NCBI GenBank assembly: GCA_963851115.1
Contig: CAWKOI010000005.1
Coordinates: 8,317 to 72,316, forward strand
From: an uncultured Actinomycetota bacterium
Lineage (GTDB): Bacteria; Actinomycetota; Actinomycetes; Mycobacteriales; Mycobacteriaceae
Length of the DNA: 64,000 nt
Reading direction: 5' to 3'
In this document: positions 51,325 to 61,376 of the stretch, piece after piece
Position numbering within the stretch: the first letter of the stretch is position 1
Layout of the letters: each line of letters starts with the position of its first letter
Program-made: the position numbers and the translations under genes
Notes under the pieces: generated by a model
Told to the model about the DNA's origin: nothing
Seen by the model: only the letters and a program-made list of their open reading frames with translations
Databases searched by the model: none

Positions 51325-54081
51325 CTACCCCGCATCAACAGCGACGACGCCGCGTCGGATGTCGTTGATTGCGCGTTTCGCGGTGGCTCGCAACGCCGGC
51401 GTCGGCGCGGCATTGCGAACCTGGTCGAGTAGGTCGAGAACTTGCCGGCACCATCGCACGAAATCGCCTGCCGACAGCGGTGACCCGGTACCGGCCGCGT
51501 CGGACGCCGCCAGCGCACTGGTCAGGTCACCGGTGGTGGCCCAGCGATAGATGGCGGGCACGAACCCGTCGTCGGGCTCGCGGCTTGGAGTAATACGGTG
51601 TCGCTGCTCGTCAGCCCGCAGCTCGGTCCAGTTTCTGCGGGTTTGGTTCAGCGCGCGCCGCAACGTGCCCGTCGGCACGTCGACACCCTCTGGCGCGCCC
51701 GGCGTGTCGCCTCGAGACTCGTAGAGGACCGCCGACAACACCGCCGCCAGCTCCGCCGCGTCCAGGCCGTTCCACGTGCCGGCGCGCAGGCATTCGGCGA
51801 CCAACAGGTCACTCTCGCTGTAGATCCGGGCCAGCAGCCGGCCGTCGTTGGTGACCTTGGGGTCACCGTCACCGCCCTCGATGAACCCACGTTCGGTGAG
51901 CAGCACAACGATTCGATCGAAGGTGCGCGCCAGTGAGTTCGTCGCCGCGGCGACCTTCTGCCGGATCTGCTCGTTGTCTCGTTCGATCCGCAGGTACCGC
52001 TCGGCGAGTCGGGCCTTCGCTTCGCGGTCGGGCAGCCGGTGAACGGGGTGGCGGCGCAATTGCTCACGCAGCGCGGCCAATTCGGGGTCGACGTCGGGCT
52101 CCTTGGGCGGGCCGCTGCGCTTGCCCTTGGCCGACGGCACGTCCAGACCGGACGCCGCCGATCGCAACCCCGACGCGAGATCGCGCCGCACTCGCGGATT
52201 GCGGTGTTCGACCCGCTTGGGCAGCTGCATCGACCCGATCGGTGCCGACGCGCCCGAGTAGTCGGCCGACGAAATCCGGCCCGCCCAACGGTTCTCGGTC
52301 AGCACCAACGGTCGCGGATCCTCGCTGTCGCGAGCCGGTTCCAGGACCACGGCCAGCCCGCCGCGGCGGCCGTGCGTGATGTTGATGATGTCGCCGCGGC
52401 GCAGCGAGGCCAGCGCGTCGTTGGTGGCCTTGCGCCGTTGCAGTCGCGACGCCCGTGACTGGGCCCGCTCGCGTTCGGAGATCTGCATCCGCAACCGCAC
52501 GTAGTCGAGGATCGGTGCGTCGCGACCACCGAGTTCGGCGGCTATCTCGTCGAGCATCCGCTCGCCGCGCTCGATCCCGCGCACCAGCCCCACCACCGAC
52601 CGGTCCGCCTGGTACTGCGCGAACGAGCTTTCCAGCAGTTTGTGCGCTTGGGTCGGACCCATCTGGTGCACCAGGTTGATCGTCATGTTGTACGACGGCG
52701 CAAACGAACTGCGCAGTGGGAAGGTGCGGGTCGAGGCCAGGCCGGCGACCTCGGCGGGTTCGACATCCGGGTGCCACAACACGACCGCGTGGCCCTCGAC
52801 GTCGATGCCCCGCCGCCCGGCCCGCCCCGTCAGCTGCGTGTACTCCCCCGGCGTCAACTGCATATGCTGCTCGCCGTTGAACTTGACCAACCGCTCCAGC
52901 ACCACCGTGCGAGCCGGCATGTTGATACCCAAAGCCAATGTCTCCGTGGCGAATACCGCTTTGACGAGGCCGGCGGTGAACAGCTCTTCGACGGTGTGGC
53001 GGAAGATCGGCAGCATTCCGGCGTGGTGCGCGGCCAGCCCGCGCAGCAGTCCTTCCCGCCATTCGTGATAGTCCAGCACGATCAGGTCGGCATCATTGAG
53101 GTCGGCGGTCCGACGATCGATCACCTCGGCGATGCGTTCTCGTTCCTCGTCGGTGGTGAGCCGCAGCGACGAGCGCAGGCATTGCTTGACCGCGGCGTCG
53201 CAGCCGGCGCGGGAGAACACGAACGTGATCGCGGGCAACAGCCCCTCGTGGTCGAGCACGCTGATCACGTCGGGCCGACTCGGCGGCCGATAGAAGGTTG
53301 GGCGCCCCCGATTTCCCGGCCGGCCCCGGCCTCGCGGCTGCCAGTCGGCCAGCCGATCGGCCTCGCGTCGATTCGCGATGTGCCGCAACAGTTCCGGGTC
53401 GACCAACAGTTCGCGCCCGGACTTCGCCGCCTCCGACGCCCGGTAGTCAAACAGGTCGAACATCCGCTTGCCCACCAAGACGTGCTGCCACAACGGGACT
53501 GGCCGGTGTTCGTCGACGACCACGGTGGTGTCGCCGCGCACGGTCTGGATCCAGCCGCCGAACTCCTCGGCGTTGCTCACCGTCGCCGACAAGCTCACCA
53601 GCCGCACCTCGTCGGGCAGATGCAGGATGACTTCCTCCCACACCGCACCGCGCATCCGGTCGGCCAAGAAGTGCACCTCGTCCATGACGACGTAGGAAAG
53701 ACCGTGCAGTGCAGGCGAATTCGCATAGAGCATGTTGCGCAGCACTTCGGTGGTCATCACCACGATGTCGGCATCGCCGTTGATGGACTGATCCCCGGTC
53801 AGCAGACCGATCTTCTCCGGACCGTACCGTTGCACCAGGTCGTTGTGCTTCTGATTGCTCAGCGCCTTGATCGGAGTCGTGTAGAAACACTTTCCGCCCG
53901 CGGCCAAGGCGAGGTGAACGGCGAACTCGCCGACGACGGTCTTGCCGGCACCGGTCGGTGCACACACCAACACACCGTGCCCGTTCTGCAAGGCCTGGCA
54001 GGCGCGCCGCTGAAAGTCGTCCAACTGGAACGGCAGCTGCGCGGTGAACCCGGCCAGCTCACCGCTAAGTGGCGTCGTCAT
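51325..54081 (-). CDS. helY: Ski2-like DEAD/DEAH RNA helicase
   Basis: [46 protein letters not shown]. Confidence 0.97.
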   Translation of the reverse strand: MTTPLSGELAGFTAQLPFQLDDFQRRACQALQNGHGVLVCAPTGAGKTVVGEFAVHLALAAGGKCFYTTPIKALSNQKHNDLVQRYGPEKIGLLTGDQSINGDADIVVMTTEVLRNMLYANSPALHGLSYVVMDEVHFLADRMRGAVWEEVILHLPDEVRLVSLSATVSNAEEFGGWIQTVRGDTTVVVDEHRPVPLWQHVLVGKRMFDLFDYRASEAAKSGRELLVDPELLRHIANRREADRLADWQPRGRGRPGNRGRPTFYRPPSRPDVISVLDHEGLLPAITFVFSRAGCDAAVKQCLRSSLRLTTDEERERIAEVIDRRTADLNDADLIVLDYHEWREGLLRGLAAHHAGMLPIFRHTVEELFTAGLVKAVFATETLALGINMPARTVVLERLVKFNGEQHMQLTPGEYTQLTGRAGRRGIDVEGHAVVLWHPDVEPAEVAGLASTRTFPLRSSFAPSYNMTINLVHQMGPTQAHKLLESSFAQYQADRSVVGLVRGIERGERMLDEIAAELGGRDAPILDYVRLRMQISERERAQSRASRLQRRKATNDALASLRRGDIINITHGRRGGLAVVLEPARDSEDPRPLVLTENRWAGRISSADYSGASAPIGSMQLPKRVEHRNPRVRRDLASGLRSAASGLDVPSAKGKRSGPPKEPDVDPELAALREQLRRHPVHRLPDREAKARLAERYLRIERDNEQIRQKVAAATNSLARTFDRIVVLLTERGFIEGGDGDPKVTNDGRLLARIYSESDLLVAECLRAGTWNGLDAAELAAVLSAVLYESRGDTPGAPEGVDVPTGTLRRALNQTRRNWTELRADEQRHRITPSREPDDGFVPAIYRWATTGDLTSALAASDAAGTGSPLSAGDFVRWCRQVLDLLDQVRNAAPTPALRATAKRAINDIRRGVVAVDAG

Positions 54082-55012
54082 CAACTACGAACCGGGCCGG
54101 CGTTGGCACGGTGGTCGGCGGTTCGATCGCCTCGACGCCCCCGATCGGTGCGGCCTCTTCGTCGGGTACCTCGTCGGCCTCACGGCGCGCCTTGCGCGTG
54201 TCGTGAATGCGGGCGATCTGGATCGCGAACTCCAGCAGCACGGTCAGCGCCAGCGCCAATGCCAGCATCGAGAAGGGATCGGAGCCGGGCGTCGCGAAGG
54301 CGGCGAACACGAACAGCCCGAAGATCAGCCCCCGCCGCCACGCCTTCAGCCGCTCGTAGGGCAGTATCCCGATCAGGTTGAGCATGATGATCAGCAGCGG
54401 GAACTCGAAGCTGATCCCGAACACCAGCAGCAGGTTGATCAGGAACCCGAAGTACTGGTCGCCGGACAGTGCGGTGACCTGAACGTCGCTGCCGACGGTC
54501 AGCAGGAAACCCAGCGCCTTCGCCATCACCACGTAGGCCAGCACCGCGCCGGTGACGAACAGCACCGCGCCAACGCTGACGAACGCCATCGCGAAACGGC
54601 GTTCCTTGCGGTAAAGGCCGGGTGTGATGAACGCCCACAGTTGATACAGCCACACCGGGCAGGCCAGCACGATGCCCGCGGTCAGGCCGACCTTGAGGCG
54701 CAGCATGAACTGGTCGAACGGGGAGGTCGCGAGCAACCGGCAGGCCCCGTCGGATGTGATGTCGGCGCGCGCGGAAGCCGGCAGGGAGCAGTACGGGCCC
54801 CGAAGCCATTCGCCGAGGCTGTGCAGGCCGACCACACCGTGGCTGTACCAGAAGAACCCCGCGATCGTGGTGACCACAATCGCCGCAACCGCGATCAGCA
54901 GCCGCGTCCGCAACTCGTGCAAGTGCTCGACCAGGGACATGGTGCCGTCGGGGTTGGCCCGCGAGCGACGGCGACGAGGATCGAGCTTCTTGAGTAATCC
55001 GGGGGTGCGCAC
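54065..55012 (-). CDS. tatC: Twin-arginine translocase subunit TatC
   Basis: [43 protein letters not shown]. Confidence 0.97.
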   Translation of the reverse strand: MRTPGLLKKLDPRRRRSRANPDGTMSLVEHLHELRTRLLIAVAAIVVTTIAGFFWYSHGVVGLHSLGEWLRGPYCSLPASARADITSDGACRLLATSPFDQFMLRLKVGLTAGIVLACPVWLYQLWAFITPGLYRKERRFAMAFVSVGAVLFVTGAVLAYVVMAKALGFLLTVGSDVQVTALSGDQYFGFLINLLLVFGISFEFPLLIIMLNLIGILPYERLKAWRRGLIFGLFVFAAFATPGSDPFSMLALALALTVLLEFAIQIARIHDTRKARREADEVPDEEAAPIGGVEAIEPPTTVPTPARFVVDDDAT

Positions 55013-55088
55013 GGGAGTTGCCTAAAGGCCGACTAGGGACAGAGCCCAACGACGCGGCAGCACGCCGCGGTCCACGGGTCGACGTGGA

Positions 55089-55376
55089 TCAGGCTGGGTG
55101 TTTGTCCGATGGCTGCTCGGTGGTCGGAGCCGCCTCGGCGGCGACATCGGATCGAGTGGCCGGGGCGGGGGTATCTGCGCGTTCCGAGGCGATCGGAGTG
55201 GCGGGCGGCGCCGCGGCTTCCGGCTTCGAGTCGGACTGCATCTCCTTGATCTCGGACTTGAAGATCCGCATCGACTTACCCAGCGAGCGCGCCGCGTCCG
55301 GGAGCTTCTTAGCGCCGAAGAGCAGCACGAACACGGCGATTACGATTACCCAGTGCCAGGGTTGTAGACCGCCCAA
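55089..55376 (-). CDS. tatA: Twin-arginine translocase subunit TatA
   Basis: [41 protein letters not shown]; GGAGGT RBS before a TTG start. Confidence 0.97.
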   Translation of the reverse strand: MGGLQPWHWVIVIAVFVLLFGAKKLPDAARSLGKSMRIFKSEIKEMQSDSKPEAAAPPATPIASERADTPAPATRSDVAAEAAPTTEQPSDKHPA

Positions 55377-55406
55377 TTTGGTCACCTCCGTAAGTCTTCG
55401 CCGAGT

Positions 55407-56381
55407 CTACCTGCCGGCGGTGTCGGCACCGACCCGGTAGGCGCGAAGCGCCGCCGCGGCCGATTCTCTTACCCGCCGGACCAGCGCCTCCGGTTCGAGC
55501 ACGCGCACCGCCGAGCCGAAGCCCAGCACGAACCGCGACATCCACTCGTCGGACGCGTACGTCATCTCCGCCTCGCACGTGCCGTCGGGCAACTCGCGGA
55601 TGACCCGCAGCGGGTAGTAGTCGAACATCCAGGACGCGGACCGGTCGATGAGCAGCTTCGCCGATGGCAACGAGGGGTCGGCATCGAACAGCGAGGTGTC
55701 GGGTCCCGCCTCGACCGCGGGCCGCGGCGGCGCCGACGGCTCATCGGTGACCTTCGCGTCGACGATGCGGTCGAACCGGAACAGCCGCACACTCTCGGCC
55801 GACCGGCACCACGCCTCCAGGTAGCTGTGGTCGGCGACCAGCACCACCCTGATCGGGTCGACCACGCGGCTGGACAACATGTCGTGCGAGGCCGAGTAGT
55901 ACTCGATCGCCAACGCGCGGCCGTCACGCACGGCGCCGCGCACCGCCGCGGCGGCCTCGCTCTCGACCGGGGCGGGCTCGTCGACAGCGGCCTCGGCCCC
56001 ATGGCTCAGCGTGCCCGCGGCCGATTCGATCTTCGCGATGGCGCTGCGCGCGGCCTCGGGGTCGACCATGCCGGGCACGTCGACCAGGGCCCGCAGTGCC
56101 ACCAGCACGCCGGTCGCTTCCGGCGAGGTCAGCCGCAGCGGATGGTCGATGCCCGCGGTGAACGTGACTTCGATGGTGTCGCCGGAGAATTCGAAGTCGA
56201 TCAGGTCACCGGGACCGTAGCCGGGCAGTCCGCACATCCACAGCTGGTTGAGGTCGTCACGAAGCTGCTTGACGGTGACGCCCAGATCGGACGCGGCCTC
56301 GGCATAGGTGATCTTCGGGTTGGCCTGAAAGTACGGAACCATGTTGAGCAGACGTACCAACCGGGTCGACACGGCAGTCAT
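55407..56381 (-). CDS. pafC: WYL-domain transcriptional regulator PafC
   Basis: RLVRLLNMVPYF, LWMCGLPGYGPGDLIDF, YLEAWC...RLFRFDRI. Confidence 0.96.
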   Translation of the reverse strand: MTAVSTRLVRLLNMVPYFQANPKITYAEAASDLGVTVKQLRDDLNQLWMCGLPGYGPGDLIDFEFSGDTIEVTFTAGIDHPLRLTSPEATGVLVALRALVDVPGMVDPEAARSAIAKIESAAGTLSHGAEAAVDEPAPVESEAAAAVRGAVRDGRALAIEYYSASHDMLSSRVVDPIRVVLVADHSYLEAWCRSAESVRLFRFDRIVDAKVTDEPSAPPRPAVEAGPDTSLFDADPSLPSAKLLIDRSASWMFDYYPLRVIRELPDGTCEAEMTYASDEWMSRFVLGFGSAVRVLEPEALVRRVRESAAAALRAYRVGADTAGR

Positions 56382-57382
56382 GCTGTCACCTCGTCCGCCT
56401 GTCCGGCCTGCGCGCGCAGCCGCGCCAGCACGTCGTCACGCAGCGATTGCGGCTCAAGGGCCACGGCGTCGGCGCCGTAGCTGGCGATCTCGCGGGCCAG
56501 CCGGTCGGTCGTCCCGAGGTCGACGGTGATCTCGTCGCCGGCGCGACCCCCCAGCGTCCGCGCGCCCAGGACCGTCGCCTGCCTGCGCAGCGCGGTGGCG
56601 CGTCCGTCAGCGACCCACACCCGGGCCTGCGTGCCCGTCGGGGGGTCGCTGACCACGCGCGCCACGATCTCGCGCAGGTTCACGTCGTCGGGTTTGGTTA
56701 CCGCGCCCGGCGGGCCGATGGCGGACACCTCCGCCCCGATCCGCGACAGCCGGAAGGTGCGCGTGGCGTCGCGGTCCCGGTCGTGCCCGACCAGATACCA
56801 CCGGCCGCGGTCCGTGACGACGCCCCACGGTTCCACCGTGCGGGTCCTGTACGGCTCGCTGCGGGACGGACGGTGCGGGAACTGCACGGCCTGCCCAGAA
56901 TCGATGGCGGACAACAGAATTCCCAGCACCTCCTCGGAGCCGCGCAGGCCGGGCAGCGTGGCCGTCGACGTGATCGCGACGCCGGCGTCGGGCGCGTCGA
57001 CGTCGACCCCGGCCGCCCGCAGCTTGAGCAGCGCACCCTGCGTGGCGGTGATGAGCTCCGGCGATTCCCACAGCTGCGTCGCCACCGCCACCGCCGCGGC
57101 CTCGTCGGCGGTCAGCTCCACCGCCGGCAGGGCGTACGCCTCGCGGTTGATGCGGTAGCCCTCGGTCGGGTCGAACTGCGAGACCCGGCCGGTCTCCAGC
57201 GGGATGCCAAGGTCGCGCAGTTCGTTCTTGTCGCGCTCGAACATCCGCGAGAACGCCTCGTCGCTCGGGCTGTCGGAATAGCCGTAGACCGTTTCGCGGA
57301 TCCGCTCGGCGGTGATGAAGGTGCGGGTGGACAGCAGCGCGATGACGAGGTTCATCAACCGCTCGACTTTGGAAATCCCCAC
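56378..57382 (-). CDS. pafB: WYL-domain transcriptional regulator PafB
   Basis: SKVERLMNLVIALL, FSRMFERDKNELRDLGIP, RWYLVGHDRDR...FRLSRI; TAAGCT -10 seven nt before GTG. Confidence 0.96.
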   Translation of the reverse strand: MGISKVERLMNLVIALLSTRTFITAERIRETVYGYSDSPSDEAFSRMFERDKNELRDLGIPLETGRVSQFDPTEGYRINREAYALPAVELTADEAAAVAVATQLWESPELITATQGALLKLRAAGVDVDAPDAGVAITSTATLPGLRGSEEVLGILLSAIDSGQAVQFPHRPSRSEPYRTRTVEPWGVVTDRGRWYLVGHDRDRDATRTFRLSRIGAEVSAIGPPGAVTKPDDVNLREIVARVVSDPPTGTQARVWVADGRATALRRQATVLGARTLGGRAGDEITVDLGTTDRLAREIASYGADAVALEPQSLRDDVLARLRAQAGQADEVTA

Positions 57383-57596
57383 TCGGCTCAGCTTAGTTCC
57401 GATTGCCCGACTTCTTGCCCGCCGCTCCGCGACGAACGCCAATCACACATGTCACGCGAACCACGTCAGCCTCTGGCGGGAGAAACAATCAGGTTGCCCA
57501 CCTATGAGCGACACTCAGCGACAAACCAGGGTGCGCCGCGCGGGGCGCTGGCGGACACGACGAGACGCGGGCGCGCGAGCGGACGCCGAAAGTGCC

Positions 57597-58955
57597 TCAC
57601 ATGCTGGCGATCAGCCGCTTGACCCGCTCGTCGACCGACCGGAACGGGTCCTTGCACAGCACGGTGCGCTGGGCCTGGTCGTTCAGCTTCAGGTGCACCC
57701 AGTCGACGGTGAAGTCGCGCCCGGCTTCCTGTGCGGCGCTGATGAACTCGCCGCGCAGCTTGGCCCGGGTGGTCTGCGGCGGGGTGTTGACCGCGGCCTC
57801 GATCTCCTCGTCGGTGGTGATCCGTGCGGCCAGTCCCTTGCGCTGAAGCAGATCGAACACGCCGCGCCCGCGCTTGATGTCGTGGTAGGCCAGGTCCAGC
57901 TGGCTGATCTTCGGGTCGGACAGCTCCATGCTGTAGCGGTCCTGATAGCGCTGGAACAGCTTGCGCTTGATCACCCAGTCGATCTCGGTGTCGACCTTGG
58001 CGAAGTCCTGGCTCTCGACGGCGTCGAGCTGGCGGCCCCACAGGTCGACCACCTGTTCGATCTGCGAGTTCGGTTCGCGGGTCTGCAGATACTCGACCGC
58101 GCGGGCGTAGTACTCGCGCTGAATGTCCAGCGCGCTGGCCTGCCGGCCGCCGGCCAGCCGCACCGGGCGCCTGCCGGTCAGGTCGTGGCTGACCTCGCGG
58201 ATGGCGCGAATCGGGTTGTCCAGCGAGAAGTCGCGGAACGGCACCCCGGCCTCGATCATCTCCAGCACCAGCGACGCCGTGCCCACCTTGAGCATCGTGG
58301 TGGACTCGCACATGTTCGAGTCGCCGACGATGACGTGCAGCCGGCGGTACTTCTCGGCGTCGGCGTGCGGCTCGTCGCGGGTGTTGATGATCGGCCGTGA
58401 CCGCGTCGTCGCCGACGAGACGCCTTCCCAAATGTGTTCGGCGCGTTGGCTCAGGCAGAACGTCGCGGCCTTCGGCGTCTGCAGCACCTTGCCCGCCCCG
58501 CAGATCAGCTGCCGGGTAACCAGGAACGGCAGCAGCACGTCGGAGATCCTGGAGAATTCGCCGGCGCGCACGATCAGATAGTTCTCGTGGCAGCCGTAGG
58601 AGTTGCCCGCCGAGTCGGTGTTGTTCTTGAACAGATAGATGTCGCCGCCGATGCCCTCGTCGGCCAGCCGCTGCTCGGCGTCGATCAGCAGGTCTTCCAG
58701 GACGCGCTCGCCGGCGCGGTCGTGGGTGACCAGCTGGGTCAGACTGTCGCATTCGGCCGTCGCGTACTCGGGGTGCGAGCCCACGTCGAGATACAACCGC
58801 GCGCCGTTGCGCAGGAAAACATTCGAACTGCGGCCCCACGACACCACCCGCCGAAATAAGTAGCGGGCAACCTCGTCGGGGCTCAGCCGGCGATGGCCGT
58901 GGAACGTGCAGGTGACACCGAATTCGGTCTCGATGCCCATGATTCGTCGCTGCAC
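57597..58955 (-). CDS. pafA: Pup-protein ligase
   Basis: [53 protein letters not shown]; TAGTCT -10 seven nt before GTG. Confidence 0.99.
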   Translation of the reverse strand: MQRRIMGIETEFGVTCTFHGHRRLSPDEVARYLFRRVVSWGRSSNVFLRNGARLYLDVGSHPEYATAECDSLTQLVTHDRAGERVLEDLLIDAEQRLADEGIGGDIYLFKNNTDSAGNSYGCHENYLIVRAGEFSRISDVLLPFLVTRQLICGAGKVLQTPKAATFCLSQRAEHIWEGVSSATTRSRPIINTRDEPHADAEKYRRLHVIVGDSNMCESTTMLKVGTASLVLEMIEAGVPFRDFSLDNPIRAIREVSHDLTGRRPVRLAGGRQASALDIQREYYARAVEYLQTREPNSQIEQVVDLWGRQLDAVESQDFAKVDTEIDWVIKRKLFQRYQDRYSMELSDPKISQLDLAYHDIKRGRGVFDLLQRKGLAARITTDEEIEAAVNTPPQTTRAKLRGEFISAAQEAGRDFTVDWVHLKLNDQAQRTVLCKDPFRSVDERVKRLIASM

Positions 58956-59035
58956 GTCATCGAGACTACTGGTTGCTCGCCGAGCACGGCGCGCAAGCCG
59001 CGCCGGAGGCCGAACACGGCCCCTACGATCCGATC

Positions 59036-59929
59036 ATGACTGCCGAGGACATCGGCCCAACGCCCCGCGCTGTATCCCCCTGGCAGGCCGTCGGACTGTT
59101 CCTGTTGCTCACGGTGTGCCTCAGCGGCATCTTCTGGGTGCTGATCAACGCGACCCAAACCGTGAATCCGTATTACGTCTGGCTGTTGATGTGGATGCCC
59201 GGCGTGAGCGCGTTGCTGACCTGCCGTATCCTGCGGCGGCCCCTGAGCATCCTCGGATTGGGTACATGGAACTGGCGCTACATCGTCATCGGCTATCTCA
59301 TCCCGATCGCGTATTGCCTGGTCGCGTCGCTCGGCATCTGGATATTCGGCTTCGGCGGATTTCCAAATGCGGACACCGTGCAGCAGGCGGCCAGTTCACT
59401 CGGCCTCAGCGGTGCGCCCACCTGGGTCGTCATCGCCATGTTCGCAGCGGTGACAGGCACCGCCGCGATGATCGCTGGGGTCGGCGCCGCCCACCCGAAG
59501 AGATCGGGTGGGCGCGGCTTCTTGGTTCCCGAGTTGGCCAAGGTGCTGCCGTTCACCGGTGTGGCGCTGGTGTCCGGCATGATCTGGGCGTCCTGGCACT
59601 ACCCGATCACTGCGGTCGTCTACCGGGACGCCGATGTGCCGGCCTGGTTCTGGCTGCCGACGTTCACGTTGTCGGCGGTCGCGGTCAGTTTCGTGCTGGC
59701 ATGGCTGCGATTGAAGACCGGCAGCCTGTGGCCGAGCGTCTTCCTGCATGCCAGCCACAACCTGTGGATGCAGTCGATCTTCACCCCGTTGACGTCCGAG
59801 AGCGAGTACACGAAGTGGGTTGCTGGCGACCTGGGGCTGGCGCTGGTCATCGTCGCCGCGGTCGTTGCGGTGGTGTTCTGGGCCAAGCGCGGCGAGCTGC
59901 CGAATTCAGTTGGTGCTCAACGAGCCTGA
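59036..59929 (+). CDS. CPBP (CAAX/Abi) intramembrane metalloprotease
   Basis: Multiple TM helices, WASWHYP, HASHN; the EEIGW motif is displaced into another frame at about 59495-59515. Confidence 0.8.
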   Translation: MTAEDIGPTPRAVSPWQAVGLFLLLTVCLSGIFWVLINATQTVNPYYVWLLMWMPGVSALLTCRILRRPLSILGLGTWNWRYIVIGYLIPIAYCLVASLGIWIFGFGGFPNADTVQQAASSLGLSGAPTWVVIAMFAAVTGTAAMIAGVGAAHPKRSGGRGFLVPELAKVLPFTGVALVSGMIWASWHYPITAVVYRDADVPAWFWLPTFTLSAVAVSFVLAWLRLKTGSLWPSVFLHASHNLWMQSIFTPLTSESEYTKWVAGDLGLALVIVAAVVAVVFWAKRGELPNSVGAQRA

Positions 59930-60565
59930 CGGTGCGCCCAGGATGCGCTCGAACGCCTGGCAGTACGCGGCGAGCGCGCCTTGAATGTGCGGCCCGCTCA
60001 TGTCCGCGCCGACGTTTCCGTCCGCCCCGATCGCGTCGATGAACGCATCGGCCAGGTGCAGGCCCATGCCGGTGATGATCACCGCCGCCTCGTGGGGGTA
60101 GTCGGTGTCGAACACTCCCTCGTCGCAGCCCTGCCGAATGATGGCCTCCAGCAGCGGTGCGGTGGTCCGCATCGATTCCTGCGACAGCTTCTGCCGCAAC
60201 AGCGCATTGTTCTCGTGGCGCCACAGCCGCATAGTGGTGGACACCGCGGTGGTGTTCTCGGCCTTCCACGCTTGAGATGTTGCGAAGTAGGCGTGCATCT
60301 TGTCGATCGCGCCTAGCTTCTGATCGTCGACGATGGCGCGCAGCGCAGCCAACCCGCTTTCGCTCATCGCGTCGACGATTCCCTCGAGCAACGCCTGCTT
60401 GGAACCGAAGTAGTGGTAGAGCGCGCCCTTGGACATCTGCATTTCCGACAGCACGTCTTGGATCGTCATCCGGGCGTAGCCCTTGTCGTGCATCAGCCGC
60501 AGCGCCGCGTCGAGGATCTCGCGTCGTCGAGCGGCGTGCTCATCGGGCTTTACCTGCCGCGCCAC
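59906..60565 (-). CDS. TetR family transcriptional regulator
   Basis: RREILDAALRLMHDKGYARMTIQDV...SKGALYHYFGSKQ. Confidence 0.93.
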   Translation of the reverse strand: MARQVKPDEHAARRREILDAALRLMHDKGYARMTIQDVLSEMQMSKGALYHYFGSKQALLEGIVDAMSESGLAALRAIVDDQKLGAIDKMHAYFATSQAWKAENTTAVSTTMRLWRHENNALLRQKLSQESMRTTAPLLEAIIRQGCDEGVFDTDYPHEAAVIITGMGLHLADAFIDAIGADGNVGADMSGPHIQGALAAYCQAFERILGAPSGSLSTN

Positions 60566-60580
60566 GCGACCTATTCTATC

Positions 60581-60603
60581 AATAGACCGTCGGTCGGTTT
60601 ATT
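60581..60603. promoter_or_regulatory. TetR-type operator
   Basis: AATAGACCG-tcggt-CGGTTTATT inverted repeat in the 53-bp divergent intergenic region. Confidence 0.7.
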
Positions 60604-60618
60604 AATTGAGGAGTCCGG

Positions 60619-61119
60619 ATGTCTCAACCCACCCACGAAGCCGAGGAGCGCACCCGGGCCTTCGCCCGCGTGATCGGGCCGTTCGTCGCCAGCGCCACTG
60701 TTGTCGTCGCGATCCGGCTGCCGGACCTCGGTGGGCTGCTCGACGGGTTGTTCGGCAACGCGGTGCTGCCCTGGATCCTCGGGGCGATGATGTTGATCTC
60801 GGGCCTGATTGTCATCGCCTTCCACCAGTACTGGTACGGCTTCACTGCGATCGCGATTTCGTTGTTCGGTTGGTTCGTGGCCCTCCGAGGGCTGACGCTC
60901 ATGGCCTTCCCTACCGCGATCGAGAATGGCGCCGCCGGCACCATCGACAGCCCCAATCTGCTGCTGGGTGCTCGGGTCTTCTTCTTCCTGCTGACGGCGT
61001 TGGGATTGTGGTTCACCTACGTCGGATGGATATCGCGGCGGATAAGCCCTGTGGATAACTTGCGCGCGGTCCGCGGCGAATCTGCCAGCATGAGCCATGG
61101 GGGAAATCGCCGAAGTTGA
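60619..61119 (+). CDS. Hypothetical four-TM membrane protein
   Basis: GAGGAG RBS; RTRAFARVIGPF...IAFHQYW...ISLFGW; hydrophobic helices. Confidence 0.8.
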   Translation: MSQPTHEAEERTRAFARVIGPFVASATVVVAIRLPDLGGLLDGLFGNAVLPWILGAMMLISGLIVIAFHQYWYGFTAIAISLFGWFVALRGLTLMAFPTAIENGAAGTIDSPNLLLGARVFFFLLTALGLWFTYVGWISRRISPVDNLRAVRGESASMSHGGNRRS

Positions 61120-61376
61120 TCTGGCACAACTGCGCGGCGGTCGCTGACCGGGTCATGGACGCAGCCGATGCGATCGCCGAAATGAGTTGGCCGACACTGG
61201 ATCCCGATGAGCTGCGAGGCTCGGCGGTCGAGCGGTATCGCCGCACCGGTGCTCATCGCCGCGCGGCTCACCGACGTCGTCGCCAACATGCGCGGCTGGG
61301 CGATGGCCGCGCGCATGTCGGCCGATGCTTTCGAGCGCGCCGACTGCGCAACGGCGAGCGGTTCCGCGGGCGGTGA
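61097..61376 (+). CDS. Small helical protein, putative WXG100-like secretion partner (frameshifted)
   Basis: Reconstructed across frames: MGEIAEVDLAQLR/AVADRVMDAADAIAEM.../...MRGWAMAARMSADAFERAD; GTGA overlap with the next gene. Confidence 0.5.

Noticed and set aside
55407-57382. WYL-domain genes as markers of an anti-phage island
   Set aside because: They are canonical pafB/pafC in the conserved pafA-tat-helY context
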